64,000 nt of DNA from assembly GCF_009914755.1 (NCBI RefSeq), contig NC_060939.1, one strand, 5' to 3'. The notes beneath the pieces are model-generated. The model made no database searches and was not told the origin of the DNA. It saw only the letters and a list, made by a program, of their open reading frames with translations. This document shows positions 15,096-27,967 of this stretch, in pieces. Position 1 is the first letter of the stretch, and each line of letters begins with the position of its first letter. The DNA is from the human T2T-CHM13v2.0 reference genome, Homo sapiens. The translations under genes and the position numbers were made by a program.

Positions 15096-15535
15096 CTTAA
15101 AAATTGCTGGGGGTGCAGGTGATAGATGTACACTGTTCAATAGACCCTATGAGAAGGACCTGAGTCCTTCTATATTAGCCTCTAAGTGTTTGATTATACA
15201 CAGAACAAATACAGCTAGAAGAACAAAGACTCATGTCAAAATTCTAAGTTAACTTTAAAGTAATGTCTTAACTTTTAAAGCTTTCTATCCAATGAGTAGT
15301 ATCCTCAGATTCCCAAAGGAACAAAAAAGAGAAAAAATCCAAAATAATATTAATGGTCATGGTGCAATATCACCTGTTTCTATTGTGTCCACAGCAATTT
15401 GTCTACCAGATTCTGATTCAATGAACAAGTAAGGGGGAGGTAGGTTAGAAGAAATAGAATGATGCTCCCTAAAGGAAACAGTCTGTTTTCATCTGCTATC
15501 TCACTGCCATGAGATTATGTGTGTGCGGACTGTAA

Positions 15536-15578
15536 GGTTCCATGGTGTAATGGTTAGCATGCTGGATTCGGAACCCAG
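15536..15578 (+). pseudogene. 5'-half tRNA-Gln(CTG)-derived pseudogene (tailless retrocopy)
   Basis: GGTTCCATGGTGTAATGGTTAGCATGCTGGATTCGGAACCCAG versus recalled human tRNA-Gln-CTG GGTTCCATGGTGTAATGGTTAGCACTCTGGACTCTGAATCCAG: 38/43 identical; begins at nt 1 and ends after the anticodon stem. Confidence 0.88.
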
Positions 15579-15944
15579 TAAGTGTGTCAGGGAAGGGGTA
15601 GAATACATAGTTAAGTCAAAAGGGCTCTTTCAGTTTTGGCTTGCTGTCTTCTAGATTTCCCTCTCTCCATCATCTACCTCTTCTAAATTTCTCTTAAAGG
15701 GGGAAACATCTAGAGAGAAATATTCTACAAAATGACTTTAAAATAATTCAGTAATTCTTTAAATAAAAAGACAGTTTCACACAGCCAGAACCACTGTGCT
15801 GCGAGCTTATGGCAGAAAGAAAACTGGATTTTAATTTTTGTATGTTTTACGTAGATTGAAAGGAAACAGAGACATTTGATCATATTTAATCAAAGAACTA
15901 TAACGTTTACATGGCCCAGGAAAGTTTTTCACCCTCTAGTATTC

Positions 15945-16160
15945 TTGAGCATATATTGTATTCCAGGTCTTAGGCTAAATTCTTTTACATACAAAATCTC
16001 ATTTAATCTGCACAATAATTGTACCAAGTAGATAGTAATAATATTCCTAATGAGGAAACTGAGGCTCACTTAGGTCTAGATCTTGGCCAATAGTACATGA
16101 CCAGTAAGTGGCAAAGTTGGGATTTCTGCTTGAGAGTATTATTTTAAACTTCAACCCTAG
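15945..16160 (-). mobile_element. MIR SINE
   Basis: atctcatttaatctgcacaata...atgaggaaactgaggctca...agtaagtggcaaagttgggattt. Confidence 0.8.
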
Positions 16161-16446
16161 CCAACTCCCTTTACTTGTAGCACTGGCCATATTCTATATG
16201 TATTTCCATTTTTAACTTACCATTTTTGCTCATACCTGCAAACTTCACCATCTAAAGAACAAAATTTACAAAATCAGAACTTGATTATTTTATTATCTTG
16301 AGCCATCAACTAGTTTTTAGGACTTTTTGTGATTTTATTTATACATTGAAAATGAATAGCTGTAATGAAATAGAATCTCTTTCTAATGGTGAAAATTTAC
16401 TTAAGATTTCTATTCATTATTTTTTGGGGGGGTGGGAAGCTGTACT

Positions 16447-16760
16447 TTATTTATTTCTTTATTTATATTTTATTTTAAGTTCCAGGATACATGTGCAGAA
16501 TGTGCAGGTTTGTTACATAGGTATACATGTGCCACGGTGGTTTGCTGCGTCTATTGACCTGTCATCTGAGTGTTAAGCCCTGTGTGCGTCAGGTATTCGC
16601 CCTACTGCTCTCCCTCTCCTTGCCCCCGACCCCCTGACAGACCCTGGTGTGTATTGTTTTTTCCCCTGCGTCCATGTTTTCTCATTGTTCAACTCCCACT
16701 TATGGAGTGAGAACATGCGGTGTTTGGTTTTCTGTTCCTGTGTTAGTTTGCTGAGAATGG
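16447..16760 (-). mobile_element. L1PA (L1PA8-like) 3' end fragment
   Basis: T-rich tail, tttaagttccaggatacatgtgcagaatgtgcaggtttgttacatagg...gtgagaacatgcggtgtttggttttctg. Confidence 0.9.
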
Positions 16761-18019
16761 AGCCATCGATTATTTAAGAGGTAAGTTTATTTTAGATAAC
16801 TAAGTAAAAGGATTCCATACGCATAGAATATCACACATACATATATAGAATAAAAGTAGTAAGGAATTCCTTTAATAACAAAGGAAGCAGTCTTCAAATT
16901 ACTTGGAGCCTGAAGAAGGAAAAAGTGATGAAAGACAAGACTGCCTCCCACCAAACTCCGTGGGGCATCCAGGTGATGAACCCTGTTTGCTCCTACGTGA
17001 ATGCCATCATTTTGGCAGGAAGTGGGCTTTACAAGTGAATTCTGGAGCACCATGTTTTGTTGGGAAGCCCACACTTTGCTTTTCTTAACATACGCTTCAA
17101 CTACCTATAGCTGCAAAAATATATTTCGATCATACTGAGACTGAGTGTTTTGGGTAATGCTGTGTTTGTTTTCCATGGCTAAGTGCTATGTGCAAATAAG
17201 AACGTGTGTGTTGAAAGGATCTGTTGTAGGATGCAGCAAGGGAACGAAAGGCAGTGACATGGATCTGGGGTTCAGTGCCTGGTTGTAAGAAAAGATTTTG
17301 TGTGAATCTAAGAAAATCTATATTTTTTTAAAAAGAAATTTACAAAAGACATTGAAGAAGAGTGATCATTTGCATTACAAGACAGATAAACAGCTAAGGT
17401 GCTCTTTTGATACTTGCCCCCTCTTTCAGCTATTCTGCTATTGGTGGACCCCAACTCTCTTCTCTGCTTTGCGATGCTGAGAATGGGATTCTAAAAACTC
17501 TATTTCTCATTTGTATGTTTAGTTACTAAGGGACACCAGAGAAAGGTCTGCGGGCAGCAGGATGAGGGAAGGGATTTGATTCTTTCTGTTTTACTTATCA
17601 GACTTGTCTGAGTTGCCTGAACAATGGCCCTTCATTCTGGCACATTGTGCTTCAGAACCAGCTCCACTGCACATGCTCAGAGGCACCAGCTCCACTGGGC
17701 AACTTCTGCAGAGGTCGAGCTCTGGCTCTATAAACCCCTCCTGTAAGCTCCTCCTAAAACCAGTATATTGGAGTCCCATATTAAATCTCTCTGATGAAAT
17801 CTCTAGAGTTACTTCTATTTTTCTGATTAGTTACTGACTGATATACATCCTTAGTGAGTTTAAAAGAAAATTTTCTGTATCCAAAATTCAATGCATTAAA
17901 ACTATTCAGAAATCCCATTCCATGTTAGATTTGATAAATCTCAAAGATAAACATAGCCTTGAGATAACTGGTGTTAGCCTGTATATTATCTACATCAATA
18001 GTACATACAGAGAGAAAGA

Positions 18020-18135
18020 TATCTATATTAATTAATTTATCATTAATATATTATATATAATTATATAATCATATTGTTATATAATTATATTTATTATATA
18101 TTATATATAAATTAATCTTAAATTCTATATATACT
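18020..18135. repeat. AT-only low-complexity imperfect palindrome
   Basis: atataattatataa-N8-ttatataattatat plus outer attaatttat/ataaattaat arms. Confidence 0.8.
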
Positions 18136-19737
18136 GTACTTAAATTAACTAATTCATATTTGCCTAGTGCTTTACATCTGGTAGAGAGTCTCTTTTTAAT
18201 ACCTGCTGTAGTTGAAATATTTCAATAAAACCCTTTCATATTTGGAATCTGTAATGATTATTATTTTATAATTTAGAGTAAAAGTTAAACTTCCTAGGAA
18301 TATTAATTTATTTCTGACGATATTTCTTCTATATTTAAAAATGACATATCCAACAAATTTCTGAACATTAACTTACTTTACAAAATACTACATAGGGGAG
18401 TTTCGAATAAATGAAGATAACATATATGGACTGTGTTCTCTTTAAATTGCATATTAATTGAGAAGTAAAAGAATAAAAAGTGCCACTGCCAAAATACATT
18501 TTAGGTTTCACCAAAATTCAATAAAATAGGGGTGATGAGTTGGGTTCACTGAAGTGGTTATGAGAAAATAAATCACACATGAGCCTAAATTTCTCTAATG
18601 ACTTCTTTAGACCTTTCTGTCATCCTCTGAAAGAATAAAATAAATAATGAGCAGTTTAAATAATCTATCAGGTACAATCTGCTGGCAAGGATTCCATATC
18701 AGACGAAGAGAACAGGTGTTTACCTCCAGTCGACCTCACTACTAGGGCAAGCTCTCTGCAGGCAGGCTTTACCATTGGCTCTGTCCTCAATGTGTCCATG
18801 TATTGTGAAATGAATTAACATACTCCAGTAGGATTTGGCAACGTAGCTAAAGAAAACTACATATTGCTTCCTTGTCACTCAATTAAAAAGGATTTTTAAT
18901 TTAATTTAATCTTTTAATAAGTAAACGGTTTCTTTTTTCAAATATGGCTAAATGTTCATTAAATTTCCAAGTGCAACAACAATAAAAAAGGGTTTCCCTT
19001 CCAATATTACAATTCTAGCAGAAGGTTTTGTCAGTAAATTCATGGGGAGCAATATAAGATTTACATCTTTCAAAATGAGCAATGTATTTCTTTAGCCTTT
19101 TATAAGCCACCAATCATCTGTTTTTTGATACACTTCTTTAAACAAAATCATAAAATATTACTATTAAGATTTGATAGCAGTAATATTAGTGTTTAGATTA
19201 GTAAATACCAAATAACTTTTACATTGGGGATGATCTTGATCATGAGGCCAGAAAAATAAAAATATAGAAATGGTTATATACCATTGCAAACATCTTAAAG
19301 TAAAATGGCTAATAAAATGAAAAAATGATAAAGCAGTTAATATTCCAAATTGATATCAACTTCATATACTATACTAGATTTTTCTACTTGAGCTTCCTAA
19401 AGCAAATTCCAAAACTAAATGACCTAACAGAAATTATTAGATATTAGCTTGATAAAGGATTTCCTGAACTTTGATTTTGAGCTGATATCCCCAAATGGTC
19501 CTGGTTACCGTATAGCCAACCTTACGGGATCCTTTGTTCTCAGATCAAATCTGTAACTTGTGTGCTTTTGACAGGCAACGATATGAAAACGGCAAAAGGA
19601 AATGTTGTTCTAAAAGTAATTTTCTAGAAAGTCTATTTTTCTCAGGGCCAAATATGGTCAAGACGGTTAAGAGGATGAGATTCCTCAAGTATATGGCAGT
19701 AACTGCTGTACTCAACTATGCACTGTACTCAAATATG

Positions 19738-19848
19738 CAGCTGACCTTTGAACAATACAGGTTTGAATTGTGTGGGTCCACTCATACATGGACATTCTTC
19801 TGCCTCTGCCACCTCTGAGACAGCAAGACCTACCCCCCTTTTTCCTCC
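19738..19848 (+). mobile_element. Tigger2a/MER28-like 5' terminal fragment
   Basis: cagctgacctttgaacaatacaggtttgaattgtgtgggtccact...ctgcctctgccacctctgagacagcaagacc. Confidence 0.8.
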
Positions 19849-20020
19849 ATTCATTTGTTCATTTTACAAAATGTTAGTGAACATCTTCCATGGAGTGTGA
19901 ATGGCTCTCTTTCTGTGAGCATTGTTTATTGAACACTTTCTACATGCCAGACACCTTTCTACAAAATGGTGCACGATGAAAAGGCTAATGTGTCTTGCTT
20001 GCAAAGAGGTCACAGTCTGA
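19849..20020 (-). mobile_element. L2 3' fragments
   Basis: attcatttgttcatt; tttattgaacactttctacatgccagacac. Confidence 0.55.
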
Positions 20021-20265
20021 TAAAATTTCCCCCATCACCTGTTAATTTTGCCTTTTATCCCCTCTCCCACAAAGAGGTACCATTACATTAAAGCAGGCCA
20101 TTGATCTCATTATTTCATTATCTGAAATGCTCTGAAGAAGGCAGCTTAGATTTAACAGCCAACACTAGACCAACATAGCTGGACTTGTACCCCACCAAAT
20201 TGGGATCAACAGGCAAACGCTGAGAATCTAATAGGTATTCAATAAATACTTATAGACTGCTTAAG

Positions 20266-20500
20266 AGTTCTACTATTTGATTGTACAGTAGTTACCAACA
20301 ATTTATTGTATCATTCAAAATCGCTTGAAGAAAGATTAAGAATTTTCCCAACACAAGGCAATTATCAATGTTAGAGATAATGGATCTCCCAATTGCCCTG
20401 ATTTTATTACTACACATTGCATGAATGTATCAAAATATCACATATACACAAAAATGTGTGTAATCATTAGGTAGCAACTAAAAATTTACAAAAAAGAAAG
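20266..20500 (+). mobile_element. L1MA 3' UTR fragment
   Basis: aacaatttattgtat...tcccaacacaa...ccctgattttattactacacattgcatgaatgtatcaaaatatcac followed by an A-rich tail. Confidence 0.8.
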
Positions 20501-21694
20501 AAGTACAGCATTTATGAGGACATACTACTTAGCCCGGAAGAAAGAGACTAAAAGAGGTAAAGAGGCAAAAAATGGAAAAAGACTTTAAAAAGAAAGATGA
20601 AAAAAAAAAGAAAAGAAAACAGTGAAAAAGTATAACTGAAAGGGTAACACAGGTAAATTTTATATACTCAGGCTGGGAATGATATTAAAGCCCTTGGCAA
20701 AAGAATTGAAAGACCATTCTACCTAAGCCCATCATATGTCAAGTTCTACTTACCCACAGGCATGAAAAAACAAGTATTACTTTCTTTCCATCATGAAAAA
20801 CCTAAGATAGCTGCTGTATTATATGATTCTCATCAGTCACTGCCATGGCCCTCCAGTAAATAATGATCTACTCTTTGGTGTGATGCTGCCACCAGTAATG
20901 AGCATGTAATAGTGATATATTAACATGTTAAATAATGACATGCAAAGTTACGGTATATGTGTTGATGCCATGTCACTGCTAACCTGCTACTTGCACTAAA
21001 TTTGTCATTCTCAACCTCATTTGTTGTTTCACGTGGAAATTTTAATTTTGTCTCCCTTCCTTCACTCACTTCCAGATCTGGATAATCACAAGCCTCTTTG
21101 GTTTCCCCCCTTTCTCCCTATCTTTGCCACCTCCTTTAATCACACTATCACCAAGGAAACCAGACGCTAGCTGGCAATGGACACACAGATGGACAAAGAA
21201 AAAGCTTCTCCTGGAGACCTCACACTTACTTTGAAGGCTGCTCACCTGGGAGAAATCCAGGTCCAGAACCATGTTGATATTTGTTATGCAGGCAAGGCAG
21301 CAAAAGAATTTAGAGTGCAGGGACGAGAAACATATGGGAAGGCTGGTCATTCTGGGTCCCCGGTGGGGTGGCGAGCCATCTCTGATGGAAAGAGCTTTCA
21401 AAGTCATCAGGAACTACAACACAAGCAGTATACTACATGGCACCATCTGGAAAAAGGCCATCAAAGTTCAAAAGAAAGGAAAACAACTTAGCATTCAATC
21501 TACAACTAAAGTTCAGATGATCATGGAAAGTTACATGCTTAAGATTAACTATTGTGTGATCAAAACTGCTATGTTGAGCTTTTCATAGAAAGAAAGAGCT
21601 CTAGGGCTAAAAGCCCTTGTTCAGCATATGCTGATTAAAGTGGATGAGTGGGGTCTTTTGATTCTTATTTGAAAACAATATTATTTTTCAGCCT

Positions 21695-21840
21695 ATTATT
21701 TTATTTCATCCTTGCAACATTACCTGATTTGAGGTGAGCCTTTCCTATTCAGTTAGAGATGAGAAAAATGAAGGTAAGCAATGTGCCCAATGTCACACAG
21801 TTATTGAAAGGAGATGCAAATATCCTGTTTCTTGATTCAA
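21695..21840 (-). mobile_element. MIR fragment
   Basis: ttatttcatccttgcaac...agatgagaaaaatgaagg...tgcccaatgtcacacag. Confidence 0.65.
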
Positions 21841-22639
21841 TTTTTTTCGGAAAAATTTGATCTTGCTACTTTAGAAATGAAAGGAAGCATAGGCAATTGT
21901 AAATAAAGCAAGAGCATTTGCATGATAGTGTTTATTAAAACTAGATTTTATGTAAATCCTCACACAGTGTACAAGGTCCTTCCCTCTCTGGGCAAAACGA
22001 CCTGCACTAAACAGTTAATAAAATGAATTAGAGCAATTCTTTTTCTTATGATCTCAAGTCACATAGGCACTGTTTTCAATAACACAGCTGGAATCAATCA
22101 CCGAAAGAAAGAATGTTTTTCCGTATATTTTGGACTCAGAGAGCTAGTCATGTCCAGAATCAAGAGTTGGTGACTCCCAAAATGTGAGAGGTGTACAACA
22201 GCAGTAAAATAGGTAGTAATTGTCATTATTTTAGCAGTCATGTAGACTTGACATTAAATAGTGTTGGTTATTATAGCAATACATTATTTTCTATTTCTTT
22301 TTTAGTCCCTCACATCATGTCAAACACAAAGTTTCAGTTTAGTAATATTTTCACATGTCTCTACATGTTCAAGACTCCCTTTATAATGAAGAGAGATGCC
22401 AATGGGCAAAGTCATCTGGCTAGAATTTATATTGTCTTTATTTTTATATGTCACTCTTTTTGAGTAATACTAGTATCAACTTACAATAATAATATAAAGT
22501 TTCTTTATAAAATATATTCATTTAATTTTAAAATAAATTGATTGAAAATATTAAGTAATTATATACTACAGCATGGAATGAAGTTTGGGTAATCGCGGTG
22601 TTGGTAAAATTTTGACTGGAATTTTCCTTGAAATAACTT

Positions 22640-23213
22640 TGAGAATGAGAAGCTGAGACAGAAAAGCAAACCTTGACAGGCAGGACCTGGCCTGCCACTA
22701 TCAGTTAGGTCCTGGTAATGTAAGGAGCTAGCCTGGCACTCACAGTCCATAGTGTTTTCCTGTTGAACACACCAAACTGAATTTCACAAAGCACTAATAT
22801 CATACAAGGCTGCTCTGTGACCGTGATGGGTCAAGACAGAAAGAAGACTTCTCCCAAAAGACTCAACCACAAAAATGGCCAAATATCTTTCTATCCTGGC
22901 TGCTATGAATGACTGCTGCTTTAGGCTTGCTTTATTCCTTTCACCTTCTATAATCAGATTTATTAAGATACGCAATCATAGAAGTATTCTTCCTTCCTGG
23001 CAGCATCCAATCCAGTGCAAAGCCCTGCTTTCTTGAACCTACCCTCAATCACCTAACACAAGCTCAAGTCCCAGAGTCCTTTGCTAACACCATCATTCTC
23101 AGAGGCCCAAGGGTCTCCATGGTGTGTTTTCCTTCATTGCAATGAGCTCATAAACCCAACTTTGTTCAAGTAGAATTATCTTCCTAGTGTTCTTCAGCTG
23201 GAGGGCACTGACA
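22640..23213 (+). mobile_element. ERVL-class solo LTR (MER54/MER73/MER77-group-like; family uncertain)
   Basis: TG...CA ends; cagcatccaatccagtgcaaagccctgctt, ataaacccaactttgttc and terminal gctggagggcactgaca match a recalled ERVL LTR 3' end. Confidence 0.65.
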
Positions 23214-23298
23214 CATTGTAGCAATTGTGTTCCATCACAGGGATTGAAATATTAGTCCTTCTCAAAAATGAATCACAATTTGAAATTATCTCTAAACA

Positions 23299-23620
<322 letters not shown>

Positions 23621-23799
23621 CTAACATTTATAACTATTTGTAGAAGCATTTTTTAGTCCACCTAGTAAACCAGTTGCTACTTCAGACAACAACTTCAGTG
23701 TTCACCCTCACTCATGAGCAGCCTATATTAGTCCCTTCTCCTGCTCAAAGCATTTCCAGTGAAAATATGAATGATGTCACAGCAGCTAAAGAAATAATA

Positions 23800-24045
23800 A
23801 GATAACAATAATGCCAACTATACTGACCTGTATTTTATTCCTGCTAATATATCAAAGTGTGATAGATACATTTTCTCCTATCTTATCTCACCTAATTAGT
23901 ACTACAACTCTCTGAAGTAGGTATTATCATCTCCACTGAGCAGACAAGGAACTGAGATGATGAAGATTATGTGACTTGCCCCAAAGCACTCACCTAATAA
24001 GGTGGCAGAGCAAGATTTGATCCAAGATCTGAATGTTCTCAAGGT
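23800..24045 (-). mobile_element. MIR SINE
   Basis: acaactctctgaagtaggtattatcatctcca...gtgacttgccccaa...ggtggcagagcaagatttga. Confidence 0.75.
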
Positions 24046-24629
24046 TTATGCTGATCCATTCCCTTTGCTTTCTCATAGTGAGGAAAGTCAAGCTCAAACT
24101 CCAAAGCTGACTAAGGGTAGAAAACGCTATTACATTTTGACCTAAATTCTTAGGATTGTTCATACTGTATTTTAAAAAAATGTTTAATAAAAGGAGATTT
24201 AAAAGCCAGGAGATTAGACACCTGTAAATAAAAGAGTATGTGAACTGGTTTTCAGATGAAATTTATTGCTTATATTTAGTAGAAACATTAGTGAAAAAAT
24301 TACCCAGGCCAAAACATAATAATTGATGGCAGAGGATCAGATCCATTGACTAGTGAAAGACTTTGCCTCTTTCACCCTCTCACACACTTATTTTGTGATC
24401 CTTCCCCAGTGGGTCTTATTAATTTCAGGAAGCTATCAAGTAACCTGAATTATATGTCATCTATTCTCTGCATATGATACTGCTCTTCCCAAGAATTGTC
24501 CTATCTTAACAGAGAAATCATAAACAGCAACTATAAAACACTCTTTTATGACTCAAAAGAACCAGCCTTAAAATATAAAACATTACTTTGTTTCCATAAA
24601 CATGCATAGAGTAATTCTTATATTCCAGG

Positions 24630-24790
24630 TCTCTTCTGGTTCACATGTATGATTTATTTTATCTTCCCCAAATACCTGCGATAGAGGTAATATGATACCC
24701 ATTACAGAGCTTCAGAACCTTAAGTAATCTACCCAAGTTCATACAGCTAGTAGATGATAAAGCCAGGATTTGAAACTAAAATTTCAGATA
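24630..24790 (-). mobile_element. MIR fragment
   Basis: taagtaatctacccaagttcatacagctagtagatgataaagccaggatttgaa. Confidence 0.7.
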
Positions 24791-26539
24791 TCACGAGAGA
24801 AGCCATTGGGTAGAGAAGTGAAGAAGGTTTTGAAAGGCAATCCTCTACTTCCCTTGTTTTTTTAGGGTGGTCCTGACCAAATGATGTGCAGAGAGCACAT
24901 GAGAGGAAATCAAAACCTGTTCTTCTTAGATTTTATTTACCTTATGTCCTCCACTGTACTTGAAGTGGTATGATTGATGTGAGCAGAGTAAACCTAAGGG
25001 GAGGGTCTACATGAAAATATATAGCACAAAGCTCAATGGAAATGCTCAAGAAGATCTAGTTTTCTTAACCCTGGCATATGGGAACTATATGTCTTAGTGC
25101 TGACTTGCCAGTCTGTCTCAATGCCAGGAAACCTGAATGTACATCCCAGAATGTGTTTGGATGCATTGCAAACAAATGTCAGAGCAGGCATTATACCCCC
25201 TCACTAATGTACATTTGCAGGTCAAGAGGGTGATGCTGGAAAAGATTAATCCCTTGCTGAGTAGTATCCATCAGAATGCTTTTAAATGTTGGCATATAAG
25301 CAGCTAATAGATTATATACCATAAACACAGCTGTTGGAAGAAAAGCTGCATTCCACAAGTCATACAATTAACATCTCTAATCTCCAAAAGTACTAAAATA
25401 AGAAGGGGGGAGGAACAAGGAAGGATGAAGACAGAGATTCCTTTCCCGGAAAGGGCAATCTGTCTCCTCGATGGTACACTTCTTTGATTCCTGTGAGTAC
25501 AAGGCATTCTTACTGATCTCAGAGTGAAGGAGCCCAGAAAAACCGCCTTTGTAGGAGTGATATGTGGTGAACAGTAGATGGATTGGGAAGAAAAGGAAAA
25601 AGAAAATGTTATTTCAAACATTTTTTTCCCTAAAATATGTACATTGTGCTTGTTAGCATATACACATGTATCAGCACCAGTAACAACAACAACAAAAGGT
25701 TTCCATACTGTATATTTTTATTGTCATATGTAATTATTATAAAGAATTGTGAAGAAATATCAATAATGTAATTCTGTACCTGAGGAAAAAACACATCTAA
25801 TGATTTGGTATATGTCTTTCAATGCTTTTTTCTAAGTATTTGTACATATATACATGTTTTCCCACAAAATTTTAATCTTATATACTGACCTATATAATAC
25901 TATACTTTATTGCTGCATAGTATTTGCTTGAATACGGCAAAATTTATGTTATAAATTTTTTTCATTGTTATATATTTCTGGAATTTCCTAATTTTCAAAA
26001 TTAAAAACAAATATTATCCTTGCATGTAAATTCATGGGTACAACTCTAATTATTTAAGATACATTCATAGAATAGAATTCCTAGGGAAAAAGAATAAATA
26101 TTTAAAACATATGTTTATTTAAAATTATATTAATAATGGAAATAGCCTCAGAATTATTATTAATGGACACTCATGTTGAAATATTAAATAAGATAAAAAG
26201 TATGGAAACTAAATTAGAAGTCATCTTAAATTCTATCACTATTGTGTTCAATATTACAATTTTGTTCATTATTTTTCTAGACTTCAGATGGTGAAACTTT
26301 CTGTGTGTGCAGAAGGTGTAGAAGATCGTACTACACATTCATTCTTAACCTGCTTTTTCACTCCACAATTTGTCATAGAGATCTTTCCATATTGTTAAAT
26401 AGAGATGTGCCACATGTTTAATGGATGAAGACAACTCTATTTTATTAATGAAGAATAATTTATTTAACCACTCTCAACTGATGAACTTTAGTTTATTTCT
26501 AGTTTTTCTCTATTTACATAATGCTGCATGGATACACAC

Positions 26540-26580
26540 ACTGTGTGTGTGCATGTGTGCGTGTGTGTGTGTGGGTGTAT
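26540..26580 (+). repeat. imperfect (TG)n microsatellite
   Basis: tgtgtgtgtgcatgtgtgcgtgtgtgtgtgtgggtgt. Confidence 0.85.
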
Positions 26581-27107
26581 AATGTATAATGCTGAGTATT
26601 TGACCAATTATGTACTGAAATAAATTTTTTATGATTTACTGAGCTAAAGAATATATATGTGTATGTGTGTTTGTGTCTGTGTGTGCATTTACTGAGCTAA
26701 AGAATATATATATACTACATAATATATACCATTTATTTTTATAACATATATAATTTATATTTTGTTAGATGGAAAATATCTCCTGTGTATTAAAGTGCCA
26801 CTTGCAAAAAATTTTGCCAATACTTTATATTATCAATATTTACAACTTATACTAGTTTAAAGGCTTTAAAAAAGTGGTAACTTTTAGTCTTTTACAGTTG
26901 TTGGAGTTTGTATAATGCTAAAAAATGCTTTCACACTAAGATTTTAAAATATATTCACCATTATTTTCTTCCAGTACTTTTTTAATATTAAACACTGATA
27001 AAGTTGTAATTAAACTTAGTATGAGAAAGGTAAATACCCGATTCATTTATCCAAATGACCAGCTAGTTATTTCAACACGATTTATTGATAGTCCATTTTC
27101 CCCCACC

Positions 27108-27967
27108 TGTATTAGTGCTTTCAGAACAAAGTACCACGAATTGGCTGACCTAAATAACAGAAATGTATTGCCTTTCAGTTCTGGATGCTAGAAGTCCAAG
27201 ATCAAGGTACTAGCAGGTTGGTTTCTTCTGGGAGCTGTAAGGAAGAACTTATTCCATTCCTTTCCCCCAACTTCTGGTGGTTTGCTGTAGTTTTCTGTGT
27301 TCCTTGGCTGTAGAAGTGTCACTTCTGTTGTTTTAGTTTATTTTGTACTGCCATATAACATGGGACGTGAGACTGAGTAAATTATAAAAAACAGAAATAT
27401 ATTTCTCACTATTCTAGAGACTGGGAAGTCCAAAATCAAGGTGCTGGCAGGTTCGGTGTCAAGTGAGGGCTGCTGTTTGCTTCCAAGATGGCATTTTAAA
27501 CATTGCATTCTCTGGAGGGTGGGAACACTGTGCCTTACATAGCAGAAGACAGAAAGGCAAAAAGAGAACTCCCTTTATCAAGCCCTTTTATAAGTGTACT
27601 TAATCCCATTCATGGAGAAGAAGCCCTCATGACTCAATGACTTGTTGAAGCCACACCTCCCTATACTGTTGTACTGAAGATTAAATTTCAACATGATCTT
27701 GAGAGGAGACAAAAACATTCAAACCGTAGAACTGAGCTCTGGCTTTCACATGACAGTCTCCCTGTGTGCCTATCTATGTCCAAATTTCCCTTTCTTATAA
27801 GGACACCAGTCATATTGGATTAGGGGCCCACACTACTCTAGTACTCATCTTAACTTAGCTAATTACAACTGCAATGATTCTATTTCCAAATAAGGTCACA
27901 TTCTAAGGGGCTGGAGGTTAAAACTTCAACAAATAAATTTTGGGAAGACACAATTCAATCCCTAACA
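27108..27967 (-). mobile_element. MLT1C-like MaLR solo LTR split by MST (27108-27328, 27732-27967)
   Basis: tgtattag start; cagttctggatgctagaagtccaagatcaagg; ttataaggacaccagtcatattggattagggg...caattcaatccctaaca end. Confidence 0.85.
27329..27731 (-). mobile_element. MST (MSTD-like) MaLR solo LTR nested in MLT1C
   Basis: gactgggaagtccaaaatcaaggtgctggcaggttcggtgtc...cttccaagatggc...aaaaacattcaaaccgtagaa. Confidence 0.82.
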
